DNA of 64,000 nucleotides from Macrostomum lignano (Eukaryota). Position 1 is the stretch's first letter, and each line of letters starts with the position of its first letter. The notes below the pieces were generated by a model. The model saw only the letters and a program-made list of their open reading frames with translations. It searched no databases and was not told where the DNA came from. Below are positions 25,701 through 56,563 of the stretch, one piece after another. Position numbers and translations under genes: made by a program. Location of the stretch: contig NIVC01000618.1 of the NCBI GenBank assembly GCA_002269645.1, positions 434,001 to 498,000 of the forward strand. Reading direction: 5' to 3'.

Positions 25701-28700
25701 TTAAATCACGTATATACCACTCAATATTTCCTTTCAGGAGCGGCAATTCCTCAGTATTAGCAACAATATATTCACACTGATCTTCGCGATCGAGATGTTG
25801 GTAAAAGTACTGGCCAAGGGCCTGATCATCGGGGATCACACCTATCTGCGAAGCGGCTGGAACGTCATGGACGGTTCTCTGGTCGCAGTGTCTCTGACAG
25901 ACGCATTTGTCACTCTGTTGATGGGCAGCTCCAGCCGGATATTTGGCATCCTGAGAGTGTTTCGTTTGTTGCGGACTCTGCGACCGCTGCGCGTTATCAG
26001 TCGAGCTCCGGGATTGAAACTGGTTGTGCAGACGTTGTTGTCATCGCTGCGGCCAATTGGAAATATAGTGCTCATCTGCTGTACTTTCTTCATCATCTTT
26101 GGGATTCTTGGTAAGTTATTGGGTTTTTTTGTACATTATGTTTGTCTACTTACCTCTAGAAATTTGAATGTTCACAATAGAGTACGCTCGTACATTAACT
26201 TGTTCAAAGTAATATTGCGCTCAATTGGAGGATTAAAAATGTGACCTTGTAGTCAGGTAAACTAAAAAGGTAATTTTTTTGTAAGGATAGAAATATAGAC
26301 TCATTAAAAACTTCCGATAGCCTTCTAGTCTATCCCAATTTTTCAGGTGTACAACTGTTTAAAGGAAAGTTCTACTATTGCGAAGGTCCCGACGTGAAGA
26401 ACGTCGTTAACAAGACCGACTGTTTGGCCGACAAACGAAATGACTGGAAGAAGCACAAGTACAACTTCGACAATTTGGGCCAAGCTCTCATGGCACTTTT
26501 CGTGCTATCGACGAAGGACGGCTGGGTGCAGATTATGTACACAGGATTGGACGCGGTTGGAGAAGACATGCAGCCTCAGGAAAACTACAACGAATTTCTA
26601 TTGGTGTACTTTATCTCGTTTCTACTGCTGGTGGGATTCTTCGTGCTAAACATGTTCGTCGGCGTTGTGGTAGAGAATTTTCACAAGTGCCGCGCCAGCC
26701 AGGAGAAGGAGGAGAAGGCGCGACGGGCGGCCAAACGGGCTCGTCGAATGGAGAAGAAGCGGAAGCGTAAGTTGCACGCAGACCTGACAGCACTTGGGAA
26801 GCCCACGTTGAATGGGAGAGGCTGCTCGGGATAGTCAGTTACTGGATCAAAATGTGAACATCTATACGACTTATAAGATAGCCAGAAAGATTTTTCCCAC
26901 AGGCATTCGCGAGATCCCGTACTGGGCTGGGTACTCACGTTGGCGGCACACAATACACAGCTTTGTGGACAGCAAGTACTTCGACCTGGTGATAGCTACC
27001 ATCATTGGTTTGAACGTTATTACAATGGCTATGGAGTTTTATCTCATGCCGAAGGTAAGAAAAACGTTGAATAAATTCATTTTCCACATTATTTGGGGGT
27101 TGTGCACGAAGAGTTGGCCGAGCGTTTTTCGTCCGATTCACACCTCTGAAAGGTAACCTCTAAGGCACAGAGTGTGTACATGCCTGACGATTAGAAAGTC
27201 AGGGCCGCTGTACTCCTGTGTGAGGGTGAGAATGACTGTACGCTCGTATTAGAATATGCTCAGCGGAATGAATGGAATTGATTTAGAGCTGGTGAAGAAT
27301 TTAGGAGTGGTGATCAATCACTCGAAAACTCCCACTTCTAGATACTGGGGAACAAGTGCCTAGGTGTATGCAAAATCGAATAGCTCTACTGCAGCGGATC
27401 CTTTAGTAGCTTGTATAGACGTCTGGGTTTGGAGTAGTGACTCGTTACATGTACCTCTGTGAGTCGTTGACTTTATCTGTGGGTCGACCAAAAGCGAGAG
27501 CGAATCAGAATTTCTTGACGGTCCTCGAGTTTGGAATTAGCAATAAAACATGCGCCTTAATGAGCAACTGATTTCTCTCTGTTTCTGTAATAGGTCCTCC
27601 TAAAGGGCCTACTTAATCTTAGAGTACTACTTTAAGTAGGGAATTACGGTATGGTTTTAATAGCTCTCTACACTGGTTGGGAGAAGATGCCACCGAAGGC
27701 GTTGCTCCCGCAGCCCTCTTGCAAATATGTATTATATATTTTTTGACATTAATTGTAACCCCAACCTGATATGCCTTCTAAAAAATACAGGAACTTGACT
27801 ACGCGCTAAAGACTGCAAATTACATATTCACATCCGTCTTCATTATCGAGGCAGTGTGCAAAGTGGTCGCCCTTGGCGCTAAGAGATACTTTAAAGACAG
27901 GTAGGTAGAATGACTGCTCTCACCCGTACTATTTTCTAGTTCAGTAGTTGCAGTTGACTGTCTGAAAATGTTGCAAAAGGTCTTAAATTAAAACTGCATC
28001 ATGGTAGCAACAAAAGACTCAAGCGCACTAATTATTTAATAATGCTAAAATTATCAGCACTAGAAAGCAATCTTGACAGTATATTTGTATTGACCGTGGC
28101 TACCTGGCTCATCACTTTCTATTTTGTTCCCGTCATTTACAGCAGGTGAGTTGACAAATTGCTCGCGAGCACGGAATGTCATAGCTGAGAATTGATGACG
28201 CCTTTTATCGTTGATTTTATTTTCGCTGCTTTGTCTGGAGTTTTTTGTTTTTATTCTGTTTCGCCTCTTTTGAAAAATATTTTCATAAGAAGTTTATGAG
28301 CTTTAATATGCTCCTGCCTGCAGCAGATACTCAGTGTGTTGCTTTTATTCTAGAATAGTCAGCTCTGCAAAGCGTGTGCATTTTTTGAGCACTGCATATA
28401 CGAGCGTCGTATTTATAGCTTTCGCCGATTCTGCAGATACTTTGTAGAGGTTTGATGAAATGAAGAGCTAGGCGGTGCTTCTTTTTGTTTTATTAGCATA
28501 TTAGGGAGGAAGTAAGAAAATGGAAATAGTGAGAAGTTGGCAATGCGCCTGCCGTATGTTTATAGATATGATTTGGTTTCCAAAAAGTAATATTTCTTAC
28601 AGTATAACAAATTTAAAGTGCAGATAAATTACAGATAATTTTACCGATATTGACTATGCTTTTTTAATATAATAAGTAAATTAATAATCATTAATAAATG

Positions 28701-31280
28701 CTTGAAATTAGAATATCATTAAGCAAAGAGAAATTTCTGAAAGATCGCGACATTTGGATTTGTGCTTCCTAGAATTATCGATCAATACGGTAAATGGAAG
28801 TTTCTCGAATGAAGGGCGCCACCGCTTTTTGAATTGAGAAAAACAATTTTGATATTCCAGAACATCAATGGTACTCTGAATATGATTATTCCGCGGTGTA
28901 TTTTGATTGATTTTTCGCCAAAATCAGTTGATTTTTTTGTTCAAAATGCGAGCGCGTTGTTTCGGTTTGAAACCACCAAAAGCACAGAAGACGATAATAT
29001 TAAATGAAAAGTTGAATTGACGATAGTGAAGTGTAGAAGGTTTTAAAAAGAAATTTTATATTAAATATATTTTTTTCGAATTTCTTTGTCACTTTGAATC
29101 TGTAAAAGTGGATTACGGGTGGTACCGTTTGGGTTGTGTTTCATGAAAACTTTAAATAGTATGCGACGAATTTACATTTTTTAACCACAACGTAATAGCT
29201 ATTTTGCCAAAAGTATGTATTTTAAAAACGTAATATAACTACGTCAGTCTTAGATTATTGTTATACTGTTGCATGTAAACCCAGTTTCACTAACTTAGCC
29301 AGGCAATTTATTTTGTGCTGAAAGCGCTTGAACTTCTCAATTTTTTAATAACAGATGGAACCAGCTGGATGTACTCATCGTTGTACTATCGGTCAGCGGT
29401 ATTGTGCTGGAGGAGATGGAGGCAAAAATTATACCAATTAATCCGACTATTATTCGGGTGATGCGAGTGCTGAGGATTGCTCGAGGTGAGTGGCTCTTCA
29501 TTTCCAATTCACGTGGGTCTACACGATTGGAAATTTAAATTAACACAATAAAACAAAAAATGCATTGACAGTTTTGAAGCTCCTGAAGATGGCCAAGGGC
29601 ATCAGAGCGTTGCTGGACACGGTGATACAGGCCCTGCCGCAGGTCGGCAACCTGGGCCTTCTGTTTTTTCTTCTATTCTTTATCTTCGCCGCGCTGGGTG
29701 TCGAACTGTTTGGAAGGCTGGGTGAGTAGCAAGATCTCTGCTGATATCCCACCGATTCCACCAGCTTGTCTATATTTTCCATATCCAAATATCTCATGTA
29801 TGTTTGCATGCGTGCAATGCGTAACCAAGTGCCCCTAGAGTAACAGGACGAAACGTTTTAAATCCACTGTAAACATTTGTACGTCCAAAGTCCTTCAAAA
29901 TACATAAGCAGAACGTGTATAAATTTTGTAAGAGGTGGTTTCACAAGTTTATGGGCACATTGCAACTTAATTTAACTTTACTGAGTATTCGATTAACTTC
30001 CTGATACCCGAAGTTTTAAGTCCTCTTTCTACTGGAGGTCAATACGCATAACCTACTCTTATACTCGTTTAATGATTAGAAACAACTCTCCAACAGAGCT
30101 TTAGTTGAGCTTGAATTTGACACGAATTCCCTAGCTTAGTCGTTGCAAAAAACCATAGCTGAAACCATGATTTTAAACATGCGGCTATTTCAGAGTGCTC
30201 GCTCGACAATCCCTGCGTGGGTCTGAATCGGCACGCCCACTTTGAAAATTTCGGAATGGCTTTCTTGACTCTGTTCCGCATAGCAACGGGCGACAACTGG
30301 AACGGTATTATGAAGGACACGTTGCGTAAAAAGTGCGACGCCAGCGATCAGTGTGTAAAGAACTGCTGCGTATCTCACGTGATCGCGCCGATTTACTTTG
30401 TTGTGTTTGTACTAATGGCTCAGTTCGTTCTCGTCAACGTAGTCGTCGCTGTCCTTATGAAGCACCTTGAGGTAAGTGGAAGCTGGGAGCCTAGGTGCGA
30501 TATGCACCTATCTAGCGGTTTGGCAAGGTATAGTAGAGTACAAGGGGTACAACCGGTAGCAAACTACGATACAAAATGATGAGAGTGAGCTAGTTGCGGT
30601 CTAATTCTTGCCTAAGCGACAATCACACACCGGAAAATCTTCAGGAGTCGCACAAGATGATGTCAGACGATGACGAATTGGAGAAGGAGATTCGACGCGA
30701 GCTCGAGGAAGAGAATCGAGAGAACCAACGGCAGAGGGATCGGCGAGAACGAGAGAGAAAGGAGGTGAGCACTTCATGTTCGTAAATAAAAACCGAATTG
30801 AAACTTCATGGGTGCTCTAAGAGGATTTTACCTGTGCCCCATCGACCCAATGACAATAAACTATACATGTACATGTACTTAAGAAAGGTAAGATATCTCT
30901 CTAATTTTCTGTTGCACCCGTTCCGCCAGCAGCTGACCCGCAATTCGGCGACAGTAGGCAACAAGACGACTCTAGCCGTTGCCAAAACTGTGGTTGTCGA
31001 TGTGAACGCATCCGCCTCAGACTTCGTTGTTGAGGACGGCAGTACCGCCAGGACTGGCGCTGCGGCTGCTTCCACTGCTACCGCAGAAGTTACTGACGAA
31101 TACATCGCCAATAGCAACGACGAAGAAGAAGATCTGCTGCTCCAGGAGGCTGAGCTCGAAGCCGTGGCTGCTTGCCGCAAAGCCTCACTGCCAGCCTCGG
31201 AAGCTGCGGCAGTGTCTCTGACTGGCGCATCTGTCGCTGCAGTCCAAAGTCTGCAGCCGTGTCTTGTAGAAGAGCGATGA
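4771..31280 (+). CDS. Cav3: T-type voltage-gated calcium channel alpha1 subunit (Cav3; CACNA1G/H/I-like), 26 exons, 5'-incomplete (N-terminal exon upstream of window)
   Basis: Four homologous domains with S4 motifs ([65 protein letters not shown]). Pore residues E(SLESW), E(TQEDW), D(TKDGW), D(TGDNW) give EEDD. The exons listed below join in frame, total 5557 nt = 1 + 1852 codons including the stop. Confidence 0.97.
5079..5176 (+). CDS. Cav3: Cav3 exon, domain I S3-S4
   Basis: CAG|[33 protein letters not shown]; donor GTAAGT. Confidence 0.93.
5648..5819 (+). CDS. Cav3: Cav3 exon, domain I S5
   Basis: [45 protein letters not shown]; donor GTGAGC. Confidence 0.95.
5925..6200. repeat. Degenerate tandem repeat (AGACTATCCTCATACACCATCTACCTCAA-like)
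   Basis: Direct inspection. Confidence 0.8.
6283..6601 (+). CDS. Cav3: Cav3 exon, domain I extracellular turret
   Basis: ...[12 protein letters not shown]...[21 protein letters not shown]; TTACAG acceptor, GTGAGA donor. Confidence 0.95.
6652..7502. repeat. 21-bp minisatellite (about 40 copies)
   Basis: GACGATCCTCAGTCAGGGAAT and variants. Confidence 0.95.
9050..9785. repeat. 20/21-bp minisatellite
   Basis: CCCGTCACTGCTCCTGCCAT(T). Confidence 0.95.
9841..9933 (+). CDS. Cav3: Cav3 exon, domain I pore (E)
   Basis: [31 protein letters not shown]. Confidence 0.95.
10787..11325. repeat. 16-bp minisatellite
   Basis: AAGTTTCCCATCCTCC. Confidence 0.95.
11406..12165 (+). CDS. Cav3: Cav3 exon, IS6, gating brake and I-II linker
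   Basis: [25 protein letters not shown]...[13 protein letters not shown]; APPRASPE; donor GTGAGC at 12166 (the 3' boundary is less certain). Confidence 0.88.
12211..12388. repeat. (TCTG)n microsatellite
   Basis: Direct inspection. Confidence 0.95.
13021..13785. repeat. Compound (TCTG)n/(TG)n microsatellite
   Basis: Direct inspection; explains the SVC/VCL ORFs. Confidence 0.96.
15047..15168 (+). CDS. Cav3: Cav3 exon, domain II S1
   Basis: [40 protein letters not shown]. Confidence 0.93.
15660..15811 (+). CDS. Cav3: Cav3 exon, domain II S2-S3
   Basis: [27 protein letters not shown]...[12 protein letters not shown]. Confidence 0.94.
15916..16101 (+). CDS. Cav3: Cav3 exon, domain II S4-S5
   Basis: [40 protein letters not shown]. 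Confidence 0.95.
16780..16933 (+). CDS. Cav3: Cav3 exon, domain II turret (exon 12b-like, 5 Cys)
   Basis: [51 protein letters not shown]. Confidence 0.95.
17123..18286. mobile_element. hAT-like MITE carrying an internal 21-bp tandem array
   Basis: TIR CAGGGGCGTCGCCA / TGGCGACGCGCCTG (13/14); flanks CCAGGAAG / ATAGGAAG (6/8, consistent with an 8-bp TSD). Confidence 0.6.
17288..18155. repeat. 21-bp minisatellite (about 41 copies)
   Basis: AGCGCCGACGGTATTCCTTTT. Confidence 0.97.
18378..18533 (+). CDS. Cav3: Cav3 exon, domain II pore (E) and S6
   Basis: [52 protein letters not shown]. Confidence 0.95.
19349..19770. repeat. CT-rich low-complexity tract
   Basis: Direct inspection. Confidence 0.85.
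21435..21576 (+). CDS. Cav3: Cav3 probable exon, II-III linker
   Basis: TTTGCAG acceptor and GTGAGT donor; open frame ([14 protein letters not shown]...[11 protein letters not shown]) bridging phase 0 to phase 1. No conserved motif. Confidence 0.6.
21737..22025 (-). mobile_element. tRNA-derived SINE with CORE-like central domain
   Basis: Head GGGGTTGTAGCCTAGTGG...GGTTCGATTCCC (A/B boxes); TGTGTCCTTGAGCAAG..ACTT..CAGCTGTTAAATGGG; (ATT)n tail; 11-bp TSD CGGATCTATAA at 21726 and 22026. Confidence 0.8.
22117..22352 (+). CDS. Cav3: Cav3 exon, II-III linker
   Basis: Contains [19 protein letters not shown], a motif seen in invertebrate Cav3 II-III linkers; donor GTAAGT. Confidence 0.8.
22442..22515 (+). 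CDS. Cav3: Cav3 probable small exon, II-III linker
   Basis: CGCAG acceptor, GTGAGC donor, frame-consistent (phase 0 to 2). Confidence 0.6.
23086..23448 (-). mobile_element. tRNA-derived SINE family 2, copy A
   Basis: Near-identical to 57484-57845; tRNA-like head, A-tail, partial TSD TAGAAAGC. Confidence 0.85.
24751..25093 (+). CDS. Cav3: Cav3 exon, II-III linker
   Basis: SCNGHLS (CNG motif)...; GC-rich open frame; donor GTGAGT. Confidence 0.75.
25211..25305 (+). CDS. Cav3: Cav3 exon preceding domain III
   Basis: [32 protein letters not shown]. Confidence 0.88.
25402..25525 (+). CDS. Cav3: Cav3 exon, domain III S1
   Basis: [41 protein letters not shown]. Confidence 0.94.
25738..26110 (+). 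CDS. Cav3: Cav3 exon, domain III S2-S5
   Basis: [11 protein letters not shown]...[44 protein letters not shown]. Confidence 0.95.
26347..26766 (+). CDS. Cav3: Cav3 exon, domain III pore (D), S6 and III-IV linker
   Basis: [27 protein letters not shown]...[10 protein letters not shown]. Confidence 0.95.
26903..27054 (+). CDS. Cav3: Cav3 exon, domain IV S1
   Basis: [11 protein letters not shown]...[22 protein letters not shown]. Confidence 0.94.
27791..27900 (+). CDS. Cav3: Cav3 exon, domain IV S2
   Basis: [37 protein letters not shown] (absent from the ORF track). Confidence 0.93.
29355..29485 (+). CDS. Cav3: Cav3 exon, domain IV S3-S4
   Basis: [21 protein letters not shown]...[16 protein letters not shown]. 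Confidence 0.95.
29572..29721 (+). CDS. Cav3: Cav3 exon, domain IV S4-S5
   Basis: [50 protein letters not shown]. Confidence 0.95.
30194..30471 (+). CDS. Cav3: Cav3 exon, domain IV pore (D) and S6
   Basis: [44 protein letters not shown]...[11 protein letters not shown]. Confidence 0.96.
30645..30764 (+). CDS. Cav3: Cav3 exon, proximal C-terminus
   Basis: [23 protein letters not shown]; donor GTGAGC. Confidence 0.88.
30930..31280 (+). CDS. Cav3: Cav3 probable terminal coding exon
   Basis: CCAG acceptor (NAGNAG), open Ala/Glu-rich frame to TGA; AATAAA at 31485-31490. Confidence 0.65.
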   Translation, partial: QLTRNSATVGNKTTLAVAKTVVVDVNASASDFVVEDGSTARTGAAAASTATAEVTDEYIANSNDEEEDLLLQEAELEAVAACRKASLPASEAAAVSLTGASVAAVQSLQPCLVEER

Positions 31281-32260
31281 GGTTCCTCGTCGATAACCTA
31301 TTCTAGTCTGCGAAGTGGCAGAGTGACTCAGGAAGATGAGGTGCGACCATGTGCACGGACAATCTAAGCATCTTATGACGCTTGAAATTCCATTCCGAGA
31401 CCTTCCCTCGTGGCAACCTGAATTTTGGGCAGAGAATCCTCTTACAGAAGAGACCAAACGTACTTCTGATTCACAAAGCCATCAAATAAAAGGACTGAGA
31501 AACAAAACTGCACCAACTTTGATCTCAGGTAATGGCGGTGGCGTGAAGAGGTTGGATTGCACATATCAATGGCGTGGAGTTGAGACGGGGATCTACTGGG
31601 AAAAGTACGCTAGCTACGAATGCATAGATTTTTATTTCGATTTGAAAATAATTGTTTGTATTTTTTTAAACATTGTACTCGTAAAAAGCCACTTGCGAAC
31701 TTTTTTATCGTACATGTACGAGTATTGCCCTGAAAGGAACAACAATTTCATGCGATAAAAATGCGTTTTCTTCAAAACTCGAACCAGTTACCAGAGCTAG
31801 ATTGTCTGTTTCACTTTCTCGCATAGTTTTAGCATGCTCAGATTTCTTCTAATGTTTGCCTGTTTTTTATTGACGCGATACAACATGCTCTACTGGCTAT
31901 TGCTGGCAGTAGCAGTGTTCAAATTCGACATTCGAAGCAATCATGTCAACAGTTCCCTCCACTGCTACCTTGCGTCTGTTTGCGTCAGCCAAACATTTTT
32001 TATAGAAAGATAGGCTCCATCTTTTGATAGATAAGTTTCAATTCCTGGTGTTTATGAGTAATGATCTTTTTGATTTGTAGACAAAGCACATGACGGCATC
32101 CCGCGACATCAACCAGCGCGCCTGAATCAAAACAGAGACCTTTGTTTGTTTTTGCATTTCATTTCACTTTTGATCTCGCCTTTTCTTCTCTGAATATAGT
32201 TTTCTACCCGAGGTAGTTGCAAGGCAAAGCTTCTCAGAACCACTGTCCAAAATGACACAG

Positions 32261-32900
32261 GTGTCACTGGTGAGTAGGTAGTGTCACTGGTGAGTAGCTA
32301 GTGTCACTAGTGAGTAGCTAGTGTCACTGGTGAGTAGCTAGTGTCACTGGTGAGTAGCTAGTGTCACTAGTGAGTAGCTAGTGTCACTGGTGAGTAGCTA
32401 GTGTCACTAGTGAGTAGCTAGTGTCTCTAGTGAGCAGGTAGTGTCAATGGTGAGTAGCTAGTGTCTCTAGAGAGCAGGTAGTGTCACTGGTGAGTAGGTA
32501 GTGTCACTGGTGAGTAGGTAGTGTCACTGGTGAGTAGGTAGTGTCACTGGTGAGTAGGTAGTGTCACTGGTGAGTAGGTAGTGTCACTGGTGAGTAGGTA
32601 GTGTCACTGGTGAGTAGGTAGTGTCACTGGTGAGTAGGTAGTGTCACTGGTGAGTAGGTAGTGTCACTGGTGAGTAGCTAGTGTCACTGGTTAGTAGCTA
32701 ATGTCTCTAGTGAGCAGGTAGTGTCACTGGTGAGTAGGTAGTGTCACTGGTGAGTAGCTAGTGTCACTGGTGAGTAGGTAGTGCCACTGGTGAGTAGCTA
32801 GTGTCACTGGTGAGTAGGTAGTGTCACTGGTGAGTAGCTAGTGTCACTGGTGAGTAGCTAGTGTCACTGGTGAGTAGCTAGTGTCACTGGTGAGTAGGTA
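32261..32900. repeat. 20-bp minisatellite (32 copies)
   Basis: GTGTCACTGGTGAGTAG(G/C)TA. Confidence 0.96.
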
Positions 32901-33789
32901 GCGTCACCAAATTGTATTACCGGTGTTTCCATAGCAACTCTTCAAAAACAACTAGACTCCCTATCAATTCAAATTTATTCTTAAACTACTAGCTAGATTG
33001 TCACTTTTCTCGATTGCATCTAGTTTTGAAGTTTTTGCAAACGTATTTTGCACCTTTGGTCTCCTCCATTCTTACAAGTAACTTAAGTAAATCCCATTCT
33101 TTAACTATATTAGCATACTTGTTTCTCTGTCGTCATCTGTCTTTCCCTGTTACTATGCTAGTTTTCAATGCGCCCGTTATTTATTGTGCAGAGTCTTGTG
33201 TCGAGTCAGTAACTGTAATTTGCGAAAATTAATCGAACTCAAATACAAACGCGGTTTGGTTTGCAGCACAATTAACTCAATCTGGTAGCCATGACGAAGC
33301 CAAAATTATGAGTACACTCTTGTTTCTTGAGGCGTCTCTCAGCAGATTTACAATGCACTTCAATAATAGTAACATTTTATAATCACAAAAAGGGACAACA
33401 AAAATAAAAGGGGGGTGGCTCAAGACTCACTCGTAACTGCCAACGACAAAGAGTGACGCACAGAAAACCGTAGCATAATTATATGTTGAGACCGAACTTA
33501 AAGCATGAATGAAATCTGGTGGCAAGATTTTTCTAGCTGGGAGATTTAATCGCATTTTCACATTTCAAAATTCAGCTTTGAATATGACAGAGCGGCTGGT
33601 CATTTGGCCAATGGGTACAGTGAGTTTTGACGAGCAGGAGAAAAGTACTCCGAATCGGGTAAATCCTGTGGGGAATCCTACTCGTATACAAACCACCGAA
33701 GCAACGGGATTCTTAGAGATAAAATCCCAAGTAGTCCCAAAAAATCCCTGAACTCCAGTCAAGTTCTTTTAGACAATGTTATCACAATC

Positions 33790-33985
33790 AGGCGAATCTC
33801 AGGCAAGGGAATCCAATCAATGGGAATCCCAGGCACGGCAATTCAATCAGTCAGGAGACTCCCAGGAGAGGGAATCAATCAATCAAGGGAATCCCAGGCA
33901 AGGGAATTCAATCAGGGGAATCCCAGGCAAGGAACTCGAATCAGGAGAATCCCCGGCAAGGGAATCCAATCAATCAAGGGAAATT
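33790..33985. repeat. Degenerate GGGAATCCCAGGCAAG/AATCAATC repeat
   Basis: Direct inspection. Confidence 0.75.
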
Positions 33986-34115
33986 TACAAGATCGACTTC
34001 AATTCGATTCTCAGAGACCCTCTGACAATGGGAGATCGCAGCAGAGCAAAAAGAATAACAAATCTCACAGAACCCTTGATTAACCGATAAGTCACAAATT
34101 ATCGAGCACTCCGGA

Positions 34116-54725
<20,610 letters not shown>

Positions 54726-56368
54726 CAGGTCAGGGATCGCCTCAGGTCTAGGATTCCTTCAGGTCTATGATCGCTTCAGGTCACCGCTTCAGGTGAGGGA
54801 TGGTTTTTATTTGTAAAGAGCTTACAAACAAATATTGCACTCATTTACCCTAAATGACTACTTTCAGTAAGCGTATTTCGATTCCGATAAATGTTTTCAA
54901 TGTAACTTCTAGCATGCAGGGCTTGAACGGCTTTGTATAACTAATATGATTCTCTGATTTAGACAAAATAATATAGAGGCTGCTTAACATACACGCGTTC
55001 ATGCATACATATATAGAGTCATTAAAAAGTTAACAGATTACTGGTAGACATGGCAGGCAACCGGCAGATCAGATGCCAGAATTGCCGATCCTGCTCAGTT
55101 CCCAATGCAGGCTCTCAACTCAATGCGGTACAGTTTCCGGGTCTCAGACAGGTCACAATTGATATGAAATCAGGTATCGGATGAGAACTGAGGGGAGAAG
55201 CGGGACAGGAAGATGGAGTGGTTATTTATATTGCTGGTGCCGGGATGCCTGCCACCTCCGCGCAGTGAAGGCTTTTCAGAGTGGCGTACACAACCGGGGT
55301 GCTATTTGTTTTTCTGGAGTTGACATGGTCGCTCAACCAGATAATATGGTTCGCACAGATCCCATTTTTATTGTTTGGTGTAGCTACAAATATTGGGTGC
55401 TACAACTAAGAAAAAGAGTGAAAGCTAGGCTTGCCTGCATTGGGACTAGCCAATGACAGGACTGGAATGGGGCAGGAGCGGTTTTACCGGTGCCTGAGTG
55501 CCTGAGTGACGGGCTTCGACCATAGACAATTTATGAGAGTTAGCTGAATGCTACGAGTATGCTGAAACAGAGGGATACAACATACGAGCGTAACTTTACT
55601 TCCCTCTTGCCAGTTACCAGCTTTGCTTTTGCATCAAATTTAACTCATCCGGAGATATTGGTATTTGAGTTTTCGCTTTTGAAAATTAATACACGGTTTG
55701 CGAGTGTTGCATTTTTCTTTCTGAAGGTGTCTTTGGCCTATGGATTTATTATCCGTGCTTATAATTAAATATCAATACCAGCCGTACAGACGAACTTCAT
55801 CGATGCTCATATCAGGGTTTGATTTTTAAATCTAGAAATCGTAATCCAGACTTGATGGAAGAGCAGCTAGCAGCTAGGAATGGCCTCGAAGCAGACTCTC
55901 CGAACATTCAAAGAGCAACTTTTCTCATTTTATCAGGTCCATGGTGCCATCCTAAATCACTAAGTGATAGCGCAAGCGTTAAAGCGAATATAATGTCGAC
56001 TTCTTTGTGCTGTGCAACCTAAACCGCTAGAGACTGTTTAAACATTACTGTGTATGCGACTATAAGGTCAAATGGACCGCAATGAATTGAATACACTTGC
56101 ACGGAGAAGCTCTCGAGATTTACCTGCTTGATTGACAGCTGTCGTCAAGCAAACAAAAGCTGCATCATTTTTGTGGGAAAGCAAGACAGTCTGCTCCGCT
56201 CTGACATGTGAAAGCAGAAAAGTCAAACAACGTCACTCTTTCGACCGGAAACACGTGCCAATCCGATGCGCATAAATTCAGAACTCCCAACTGCTCAAGA
56301 AGTCAACTTCAAACTCGACTCAATCTACACACAGCTCGAAGACTCGACTCGACTCGACTCAAGCAATC

Positions 56369-56563
56369 ATGAAGTGGCAACTCGCTCTCGGACTTCTGCT
56401 GTGCGCAGCCCTGGCCGTCGCCATGCCCAGCCAGGAGGAGAAGGCCATGGCCGAACGTGTGCTGGAGGAGACTCTGTCCAACCTGGACGAGTCCAGCGTG
56501 TCGGAGGAGCAGATTCCGAAGCTGAAGAAGAAGATCTTCCGTGTTCATGTTAGGTTCGGTTAG
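56369..56563 (+). CDS. Small secreted prepropeptide (64 aa); candidate RFamide-like neuropeptide or cationic peptide precursor
   Basis: Signal peptide MKWQLALGLLLCAALAVA, acidic pro-region, then KLKKKIFRVHVRF-G-stop. GC3-rich codons, A at -3, upstream CCAAT/TATA-like box. Confidence 0.7.
   Translation: MKWQLALGLLLCAALAVAMPSQEEKAMAERVLEETLSNLDESSVSEEQIPKLKKKIFRVHVRFG

Noticed and set aside
26767-26834. Alternative donor producing an exon-25c-like III-IV linker insert
   Set aside because: No suitable in-frame downstream GT donor before the stop at 26832-26834.
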